Assembly: GCA_000934665.2 (NCBI GenBank)
Contig: KZ538338.1
Location: 61,778-81,777, forward strand
DNA: 20,000 nt
Direction: 5' to 3'
Source: Catajapyx aquilonaris
Taxonomy: Eukaryota
Part shown: in pieces, positions 1-9,106 of the stretch
Layout of the letters: each line of letters begins with the position of its first letter
How positions within the stretch are numbered: the first letter of the stretch is position 1
Translations under genes and position numbers: made by a program
Notes under the pieces: model-generated
Databases searched by the model: none
The model's input: only the letters and a program-made list of their open reading frames with translations
What the model was told of the DNA's origin: nothing

Positions 1-794
1 ACTCGCCCAGCCCCGAAAATGAAATGTAATGATTTTTTCTAGTTATCACTGGCAATGTCATTCGTGACACTTAGTTTGTAGGATAATTTAATAAATAGAA
101 GTACATGTTTTGCGACCGGAATATTTTATTAGTAGAATCGCTTTTCTTGTCAGTAGTTGCGATGCGCGCGCACAAACCGCGGGAAAGTCGATGGCCTTTC
201 TGTGCCTTTCTCATATGTATATACAGTACACTACAGTATATTTTCCAAACACCGAGAGATTTTCTCATCTGCATGACTAATGCAATAGCATGGTCTGACT
301 GGCTGCTAGTAGTCTGCTACCCATAATTGCTTCTCAAGGTATGGTCTCACTCGGTCTCACTAGTACAGTGGGCCAAAAAATTATGCAGAATTGCACGTGA
401 ACCTCGTGCTGCTAACCTCGGATGACTGGTTTTCTGCTTCACAAGGATATGTATTTTCTGTTCTGATTAGCAGAAACAATTAAACAAAATAATGGTCCTT
501 TGGGGAAGAATGTTAACCTCCCTCCAATGACAAGAACACACCCTGCAAACAAGGATTCATCCTTACATTATTGTAAACCACGACTTTCAAACACCTGCAT
601 TGTAGTATCCACAGGGCTCCTAAGTTTTCATGCACTGATATTTTATGAGTGTTTTGCTTATCAACTTGTGGTACGTATAAACCAATAATTATGAAATGTT
701 GAGAAACTTTTTACCCACCCTCTAGAAGGATAATCCATTGATTAGTGGTTTTGAAAATCTCAAATCCAATGAGAATTAAAATTTTAATACACTT

Positions 795-800
795 TTTATT
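795..800 (-). promoter_or_regulatory. Putative polyadenylation signal AATAAA overlapping the NOP16 stop codon (TGAATAAA)
   Basis: The minus strand reads ...AAC TGA ATAAAAAG, so the AATAAA begins on the last base of the stop codon. Confidence 0.5.
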
Positions 801-3697
801 CAGTTTGTCTCCATTTTTGCTTCTGGGGCATTTTTATCTTTCATCAGCTTGTACTTGGAAAATTCTCCTTCCATTTGCTTGAAGCGATTGTACTTCTTTT
901 TGAGTTGTGTTGTAGTCTCTTGATAGTAGTTTCGTGGGTCCATAGACATGACCTAGGAATAAAAAATAAACAAATGTCATGAATTAAGCCTATTTCACAA
1001 GTGGACCTTTGTAATGTTAAGCTTTTTTTCACAACACTCGTTATGTCATTTTTCGCCGCCACATGGCAAATTGCAGCGACCGAGGCAAGATCTGGCTTGC
1101 TGGAAGCTTGTCGCTCTGCCGCTTACCCAGCAGAGACAAAAAAATTATGTCACAAGTGGTGTAAAAAAAACTTCGCTTTCTAATCGTGCATTACGAACGC
1201 TGCGATGCACATTGCTGAAATAGGCTTTATGCAACCTTTTCGGAGAGAAAGAAGCCCCACTGCTTATGAGTGGCAACAAAATACTCAGGAGAGAAAGCGG
1301 GTTTAAAACTTCTGCAATTTCAGATTTACCTTAAAATTCGTCCCATGCTTGAGCAGCAAAGGAACCAAATTGGAAATCTGCTCCTTTGTAAGTGATAAGT
1401 GCTTCTTAAATGAATCTTTCCTGGTAGCTGCAACCTCTTCCAAGCGCTTAACGACTTCAGAACTAACTGAGGATACTTCTGGGCTGCTCTGGTCCACATT
1501 CATTTTCTTTGGTCGCATGAGATCTCTTGCAGTTGGGATGGGAATGGCCATGTTTGGATCATAGGCAAGGCCCATGGACTTCATGTTAGTTCGGATGGAT
1601 TTCTTGGGGTCCCATGCTTTACTCACTGCCTCACTGCAAGAGAAATTGGTCTGATTATTCAAATATGCATGGTCCGGATCTGAAATCTGGTGCAACAGAT
1701 CTGAGAACTGAACAAATGTTTTGGCCTGCAGTAGGCCACTGATCCTACTCAGGACCCCAGAAACCCTAAGCCCCAAAGCAAACACTCACAGTTCGGGCAA
1801 CTCCTTTCTTTTATTCTTCCACGAGCTCAGCAAATACACGTCCGTCCCCTTGGTCTCTTCTTGGCTCTCCCTTATTCCCCGACGCCTCTGCTAGGCGGCT
1901 CCCCACGCGACCACCAACTGCCACTTTTCAGGGGAGCCAACCCAGGGAGGACGCGGGCCACACAAACACAACCCCCCCCCCCCCCCNNNNNNNNNNNNNN
2001 NNNNNNNNNNNNNNNNNNNNNNNNNNNNNNNNNNNNNNNNNNNNNNNNNNCTCAAATTTAACATATTCCCATGTACACAGACAAGAAAGAAGAAGAAAAA
2101 AAAAAAAATACAAAAAGGCAAATACAAAATACAAAAAAACTAAAATCCGCTTGTGAGACACTAGGGCAATGTAGTGCGAGGGGGGGGGGACAAACCAAAG
2201 GGGAAAAGGGGGGAGGGATCGAAAAAGGGACGCAGCACCCCCACCGGGACGAGTAGGTCAACCCCCCAAACGTCCAACTGCGAGGACACGCAGGGGACCC
2301 CACACCAGGCAAAAAAAATGGTCTCCACCAGACGAAGGGGTCAGCGCCAGGGCAGCCGGATAACAGCGGGGCAGCCCAAAGCTAGGAGCGACCCAACCGC
2401 TCCTCCTCCACCGAGGTCCGCAAAGAGAGGGCACCCCCAACGAAATGCAACGGACGGGCCAGTCCCCGCAGCACGGCGGGAGTCCAGGCACCCTCAAGGC
2501 CGGGACAGGGTCCATGTCGAGCAGCGGGCAACGTCCAAAGGTGGCGCAGCTAGGCGACACCCAAGAGTCTCCAAACATCCTTCCAGCTACCGCACAGCAC
2601 CGACAGTCAGAAAGGCCCAGAGCGCCAGAGGGGGGGGGGGGGACCAAACCCACCCGTCCCAAGAGGCACCACAGGGTAAAAAAGGACGGGAAAGAACAAA
2701 CATAGGGGGAGAGAGGGGGGGGGGGNNNNNNNNNNNNNNNNNNNNNNNNNNNNNNNNNNNNNNNNNNNNNNNNNNNNNNNNNNNNNNNNNNNNNNNNNNN
2801 NNNGTGGGGGGGTGGGGGGGGGGGGCAGTTAAAAAAACACGACGTGACCCCACGTGTGTGCACGTGTGTGCACAATGTGTGTGCAGCTGTAAAGTCACCT
2901 TGGTGGTTAATATTTACTGTGATCTAACCTCATGTAACTATACCGTCCAATACATTTCTTTCTAGGAAGGCCGAGCAACAGGGGTTTCCAGTTATACAGG
3001 GTGAAGGGAATCTCGCGCCCAATTGCCAGGTAGACTGATAGTATCGCAAAACTAATGTTAAGGATGTGGAATTAGTTTTGGGTGCTCATGCGTAGTTAAT
3101 GCATACGACACCTTCAAAGTGTAGAGGGCCCGATGGTAAAATATGAGGTAAAAATGACAAGTGCAAGGGTGTCGTACCGGCATTCTTACTTTGACAGGAT
3201 ATCACCTATTGCACATTGACGATGTGTTACAGACCCAAGGCTGGATTGTTCGGAGGCCCTCGAGATGGCTTTTGCTTCTTTATAGCTGGTGGAACGGATG
3301 TGATGTCACGAAACTTTGACTGTGCCCAAAACTAATTGCACATCCCTACATTATTTTTACAAGTACTATAAGTCTACCTGGCGATTGGGCGCGCGTTTCC
3401 CTTCACCCTGTGTAGACTTTCATCAATACTTGCATAATAATGTTGTGGCTACTAGACGTACTATTTGCAAGCCCTTGCACCTTGCAAACTGGTGCAACCG
3501 GACCTAAGTACGAGTCAACAATGAACCATTCTCAGGATCCTGATATTCCCAACGGAATACTTCAACACCCAGGGAGAGTAATATTATTAGGCCCACCATC
3601 GTATCTTGGGAGTCTTCCTCCGCCTGTCCCGCACCTGCCTCCGGTTCACGTTGTACTTGTAGGTCTTCTTACGCTGCTGCTTACGGACTTTCGGCAT
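800..3697 (-). CDS. NOP16: Nucleolar protein 16 (60S biogenesis factor), 3 exons, 185 aa
   Basis: Exons 3697-3597, 1633-1330 and 952-800 are joined by GT-AG introns of phase 2 and 0. The joined protein reads MPKVRKQQRKKTYKYNVNRR...TPKIRCEAVSKAWDPKKSIRTNMKSMGLAYDPN...LLLKHGTNFKVMSMDPRNYYQETTTQLKKK...METN*. This matches Nop16 family motifs (basic N-terminus with Y.VNR, AWD..KS...N...MGLA.DPN, HG..K.M..D..NYYQ.T..Q). Confidence 0.93.
987..1226. mobile_element. MITE family A copy 1 (PIF/Harbinger/Tourist-like), in NOP16 intron 2
   Basis: Terminal inverted repeats AGCCTATTTCA...TGAAATAGGCT with a 3-bp TTA duplication at 984-986 and 1227-1229. The interior is homologous to 11525-11771 (for example GGCAAGATCTGGCT and TGTCACAAGTGGTGT). 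Confidence 0.8.
1987..2050. other. Assembly gap (N run) next to a poly-C tract
   Basis: Run of N bases. Confidence 0.99.
2726..2803. other. Assembly gap (N run) flanked by poly-G tracts
   Basis: Run of N bases. Confidence 0.99.
2997..3410. mobile_element. MITE family B copy 1 (Tc1/mariner-type non-autonomous), in NOP16 intron 1
   Basis: TIRs CAGGGTGAAGGGAA...TTCCCTTCACCCTG, with inverted similarity extending through GCGCCCAAT.GCCAGGTAGACT. Preceded by TA and followed by TG (likely a mutated TA). Homologous throughout to 13004-13447. Confidence 0.82.
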
Positions 3698-3726
3698 TTT
3701 CTCTGCGACAAGTGCGACTGCAGACA

Positions 3727-3732
3727 CACGTG
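3727..3732. promoter_or_regulatory. Canonical E-box CACGTG about 30 nt upstream of the NOP16 ATG (candidate Myc/Max site)
   Basis: Seen directly in the sequence. NOP16 and ribosome-biogenesis genes are established Myc targets with TSS-proximal E-boxes. Confidence 0.45.
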
Positions 3733-6700
3733 CCAATGGCGGACACCCTGCTAGGAGGTTGGGGGAATGGGGGATGGGGTGGGGAAAGTACAGCTTAAAC
3801 TAGCTGCTAGTCAAATAACTAATAACTTCACACCGCTACTAGTGATGACCAGGTACAAATAGCCATTGAAACACAAAATGAATTTGTACTGTACGCTACG
3901 TATGAGGCAGTTTCAGTAGTTGTATGTGGTATATCTCACAAAATATTACGATACAGTGATGCTACAGTCAGAATCGAAGTACATTTAGCATTAGCAATAT
4001 TCGAAGCCATTATTATAGGGTTTTTATTAGCTCTGGTTCTTAATGCTCCACATACATCCAGTGCCATCTGTTGCGGAATGTGTCAGTTAAACGTGAGTTC
4101 GCCCACTCGCGCCACCTGGTTTATAATCATTGAAACTAGTGGCGCATTTTTCAAATATTTTCATTCAGATTGAGAGCTAAACGCGGCTAAACGTCACGCA
4201 AATATGCGTACCATTTATATAATAATAATGTAATAGTGTAAATGCCATTGCAAGAAAATGTTTAAAATTGATGGCACAGGAAATTAGTTGAAACGCTGTC
4301 CCGTGCACTGCATACCATCGCTTGCCCCAAGGCACCCCAAGGGATAAGCATACACAGTATACCGCTGCGTGTTGTCTTATGAGGGGATTTTAATTAAGCA
4401 CTTCTTTTCAAGACGGGTTTAAGGAAGATGTTCCAGATTGCAGTTGCCTTTGATTTTCGGTGGAAACTTTGGAAGTGGCAGGGAGAAATCCTCGTAGCAA
4501 GAGGAAGCCCCCTGAAACCCATTTAACTTGAGAAAACTGTTCCCTTGATGACTCAGGGGGCCCCTATGAAGGACTTGAACTATGCCATATCGTACACCAT
4601 ACATATTTTAATAAATCATTGTCACAACATGTTCATTGATGCATTATGCTAAAAATGGACTTAGGCCTGCTTGCAACACAGTGAAGATATAGTGAATGTA
4701 CGCTAATTTTTGAGAACATTGCACCCAATTATGAAGTACAGTTCAGGAAAGGCAACTAGACGCAAAACATTGTGTTGATTCCACGTAAACTACGGTAGCC
4801 ATTGTTTTTCTACACACTCGAGATAAGGTAGTGTCTTTTTCCGTGAACCTGACTCAAGTTACGGGAACTAATATCAATTACCGGTATGTTTTATTCATAC
4901 TGATACAGTAGGCTAATATGTTGAGTGGGTATGATTCTGTTATAGGTGCCAAGGTGCACCAGTGCTGGGGTCGATTTTAGGAGTACAGATGCACCTGGAA
5001 GAAAGGCGTCACATTTATTATGTTACAACCGTACCCTGTTACAACCAGCCCCGATCTCCCTAAAAGAGCATGAGAATAAGTTTGGTGATTTCGGGAACGA
5101 TTTTGACACACCCTGCAGGTCTTGGTTGAAAGGAATTATTGGTTAGCGCGTTTTGCGTGACTGAAAAGTTTCCTGGCATTCATTAGCATTCATTTAAAAC
5201 CTTGTGATTTTAGCCAAAATCGAGAGCCGTCCCACTCATAATATTATTACTGCAGACGTCAGTCAGGCCAGGGATTACTTGTAAGTACACAATCCCTGGT
5301 CAGGCCACAAAAACAACGCTCACTCTTCCCCACATAAATCCGTAATATCCAACTCGGTACCCTAAAAAAGTATCATTATGACTACAACGAAATTGCAGAA
5401 GTAAAAGTTATGTTACTTTAGATTATGTATTGTAACATATCCCCCGGTCAAGCTCCTTTCCTTTCCTTTGTGTATTCCTTGATAACTCTTGATTTATGAC
5501 CACAATGCTACAGCAATTCCAATAAAATATATTAAGGCCGCATAGGCTACATTTCAGAATTGAATAATATAATACAGTATCTAGATCTAAATCCATTTGG
5601 AATCTTGCAATAAAGCTGAGAGACTTTTTTTTCCCAGATTTAAAAATTTTGTAGTGCCCGTTTTATATTGCCGTGTCATACAGACCACACTCACAATGTA
5701 ACCTATGTGTATAAGCAAAAACATACATAAAAGTATTGGATATTGCTGCAGTGTGTAAGTCTGACGCATATTTGTCGTTGCAAATAACTTAATTAGTATA
5801 ATTATGCGTTGTTGTTATTCTTACATTATTATAATTAGTTCAAAGCTGCCTGGCATTCCTGCCTGAAAATGTTCATAAATCACTGATTCTCTGTAAACTG
5901 GAGTTGTGCAGGGATGCAAGAATTTACGGCAATAATTTCTTGAATTTTTTCGCATTGATGTTTGTTGTGAACACATAACTTCGTGTCTACGATTCTGGTT
6001 TGAGAGAAATGGATTCGGAACGAATGAGCCTTATTTAGAGGAGTGTATACATATAACGATATACGCCATTATAATATTTTTTATTGCATGAAATACTTTG
6101 GACCCTCGTGGGTCGTCCGCGTACCACCGAGTGAAGGAGTGATGTTTTATATCTGCTAATGAATCAGGCTAATAAGGCTAATAAATATTAAGAATGTGCT
6201 CAAAGATGACAGGCAATTTGCAAGTGTGACTGATTACGAACTTCACGTAAATGACTTGCCGTAAGTTGAGTGTTATCTTCTCTGCAAAGAATAAATCCAG
6301 AATAGAAAATCATCGATAGTTTGCATTTTCCCATCAGGCAGTGTTTGACAATCCATGCCTTAAATGTGTTTGTGCCGGTCTGACTAATATTCCAATTACA
6401 CTTGATTGGTAAAACTGGTATAGTATCAGTTTTTATTTTATGCGTGAGTTAATTACTCTTATGTTATATCAAATGGCGAATGAAGTTTCCCTCCCCGACG
6501 GATTAGTTATTTAAAATATTCATATATTTTTATTTGTTTATTTATTTTCACATAGACTTGGGAGATTACACCATTAATCAAGGTTGTTTTTCTTCATACG
6601 CACAAACAGGGAGAGATATTCAGTAAATGTAGACGTCAAGGACAAGGACGCAGGCCCGTAGAGAATTCGCAATTTCCAGAATGCATCCAAAACAAACGCA

Positions 6701-6971
6701 CAAACGTCAGATGTCAAACCCAACGCGATGGCGCAGATGACGCCGACAAATAATCTTGTTGTTTGTCGCAGGGTGGCATCGGCACGAACGCCTTTCTCCA
6801 AGATGCGAGGAATTGGAAATATGTTTTTCAAGGCAATCCAGACAATGTACTGGCGGCGCCATTGTCCGTCTCGTCGGAAGAGCGTGGATTCCTGGAATGA
6901 CACCAGACGCCCACCGATTTTACATAAGTCGGCCTGACAGCCGCCCCGGAACGTCACTTCATCGTCCAACG

Positions 6972-7780
6972 ATGTCCAAGTCGGTCGCCGTACCCAAGAC
7001 GCTCCTGCTGGTCCTGGTGGTCGCCACGGTGCCATCCGCAATCATGGTCATCGGGCAGCGGTCAGCAGCCACCCAGTGCGACACTTTTCTGGAGGTCGTG
7101 GAGGAGGTGTCCTTCACCTGGAGGATCCACAACTTCCCGTACCGATGGGAGCAGGATGGCCTCTACCTGTCGTCGCACCTATTCCCGAGAGACAGCAACG
7201 CGAGCAGCGGATGGATGCTGGATCTGTACCCGAGAGGACATCGCAACGAAGACGGAGACTTCGTGGCTCTAGCCCTTTGCCTGGTGGCCACAGCTGGTCC
7301 TCGAGAGATGGCAAGGCATGTATACCCCCAATCCCAACCCCAAAGTGCACCATCTTCAACTCTCTTTCTTTCCAATGCAGATACCGCCTGTCCCTGCTCA
7401 ACTCCAGCCGGGAGCGAGTCTACTCCGTGGACAGCGAGAGTCCTCAGGAGTTTCCTCTCTGGAAGTGCCGGGTGGTGGACCGATTCATCTCCCGAAGCGA
7501 CCTGGTGGCCAACCATCTCTTGCCCCCTAGCCAGACCCTCAGCATCTTGGCCGAAGTTTGGCGCATGGGCGAAACCACTCGATGCGGTTCAGGCGCAGGG
7601 CCCAACACTGGTTCACCAGGATCCCAGAGCCTGCAGCAGAAGATACAGCAATCTCAGCAGCAGTTGCAGATGCAGCTTCCACCGCCCTCGGGAGGAGGGT
7701 CCGTGCCCATATCCAACATGGCTCCTAACCCTATGAGCATACCAAGAAATCAAATGCAGCAGCAGATCAACCGCTCCTAA
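6972..7780 (+). CDS. Stand-alone SPOP-like MATH/TRAF-domain protein with signal-peptide-like N-terminus and Q/P-rich tail, 2 exons, 247 aa
   Basis: Exons 6972-7315 and 7381-7780, separated by a 65-nt GC-AG intron (AAG|GCATGT...TCTCTTTCTTTCCAATGCAG|). The joined sequence CDTFLEVVEEVSFTWRIHNF...WMLDLYPRG...DFVALALCLV...EMARYRLSLLNS...RFISRSDLVANHLLPPSQTLSILAEV is colinear with the SPOP MATH domain. Stop TAA at 7778-7780, with AATAAA at 7812. Confidence 0.82.
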
Positions 7781-7811
7781 TTGCTGTATTGTAGTTAGAG
7801 TCTGCATTTTA

Positions 7812-7817
7812 AATAAA
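7812..7817 (+). promoter_or_regulatory. Polyadenylation signal of the MATH gene
   Basis: AATAAA about 30 nt after the stop, with a downstream GT/T-rich tract (TGTTTGTTTTT near 7865). Confidence 0.6.
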
Positions 7818-7920
7818 ATGATTTTTATCCAGTGCACACAGCACACATCATTTATCCTGCCCCATGTTTGTTTTTATAGTGGTCCAATGAATCAAATGGA
7901 GTAAAAAAAAAAGGTGCAGC

Positions 7921-7934
7921 TATCGATATCGATT
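7921..7934. promoter_or_regulatory. DRE motif TATCGATA with an overlapping near-DRE (TATCGATT), candidate promoter element for the downstream GPCR
   Basis: Exact DREF-binding consensus at 7921-7928, followed by a GC-rich stretch and a strong donor-like GTGAGT at 8157. Confidence 0.4.
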
Positions 7935-9106
7935 GAGGAAAAGGGTGGGCGTGCCGGTGTGGACGAGACGATATAGATCGATTTAGGGCGGCGTTGCCGT
8001 GGTCCACCGCAAAGAGATGAGAGGATGTTGACGGATTCTGCGCCTGCGAGAGTACATCCCACCCTCCTTCCCCCTTTTTATCTCTTGCCGACTATCCATG
8101 GGGAGGAGGATGGACGGTCGCGGACTGACTCCTTCGCCTTCCACTTCTCCCTGGTGGTGAGTAACATATATTCGACCCTTGTGTGGACACCAGCATCTCC
8201 TGCTCTCGAGATCAGGCTCAGGGTGTGGCCATTTCTATTGCGTGCTGATTTTTGTTATTTTTTTTCATGGGCAAATATAATGGGGGCATTTTTGTGTCTG
8301 TGAACGGGTGGGTCATGGCTTATTTCAACCTTCTGACCTGGAGTCGACCCACTTTCAAATGTGTGATCAATGAATCGATCATTTTCTGCCGGGAAGGAAA
8401 TGTAAGAGGGGGTGGACGAATTAATCGGAAAATCTCTTTTCCGCCAAGGAGATCGGGGATTCTGGCACGGGCATATCAGCATCAAAATTGATCCAATACT
8501 GTATAATGAAGTCGACCCAGAAATCATTACCTATAGCTGCGGGGCCGGCAAAAAGATTTGGCCTACAAGGAAGCTTGGTGCTATAGACACTTATGGAAAC
8601 ACGCACAAGATGCAAAAGAAAAAGAATTTCCCAGAGAGGGTTGCATCCTGGAGTGCCGGCAACACTCTCGATTGACATGTGTTTTGCAGGCTCGTAGGAT
8701 ACTTTCCGCGCCGATTAGTTTGTACTCTCATTCATTCATTTGCTCATTTGCAACGTAGGGTTCCTATAATTGTCGCCAGTTGTAGAGTATTGTTCGGGGG
8801 CCATTATTGAATACCCTACTGCTGACATTTCTGTAATAATAGATTGGTGCATCGTGCATGATATAATCAAGTTAATGATATCTCAATAGTATTAGCCTAA
8901 TTTGACTGTGCCAGAGATGCCCTGAACTTCTATTGAAACTGACAGTGACAAGCACAGATTAATTCAAATGACTGAAATAGTATGGTTTTCACAGTATTAC
9001 ACGATATGTGCTCGAGACTGAATTGATTTTTCTCTTCAGATATGGTAGTGAGGGTCCGTGCAACTCGGATCCAGCCAGAACCATTGGGGGAGTTGACCTC
9101 TGGGCG

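Larger units (their letters stand above)
1700..2830. repeat. Unclassified GC-rich, homopolymer-rich segment (probable degenerate repeat or retroelement) in NOP16 intron 1
   Basis: Compositional shift to GC-rich, strand-skewed sequence with long G/C runs and an A-rich tract at about 2085-2145. No recognisable protein domain. Boundaries are approximate. Confidence 0.35.

Noticed and set aside
2174..2965. 263-aa and 205-aa ORFs across the GC-rich block
   Set aside because: They span N gaps, have low-complexity R/G/P composition and no domain, so they are artefacts of GC content.
953..3596. Possible intronic snoRNA in NOP16 (TTGATGA on the minus strand near 3420)
   Set aside because: There is no suitably spaced D box or terminal stem, and the adjacent sequence is a MITE.
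5267..5299. Short inverted repeat CCAGGGATT...AATCCCTGG
   Set aside because: It is too short to assign, with no TSD or second copy seen.
6756..7736. 326-aa ORF read as a single-exon gene
   Set aside because: MATH similarity switches frame at 7315/7381 across an intron-like pyrimidine tract. The ORF start at 6756 is not an ATG, and its C-terminal part is off-frame.
8412..8678. Overlapping ORFs of about 86 aa on both strands
   Set aside because: They have no recognisable motifs and probably lie in the first intron of the GPCR.
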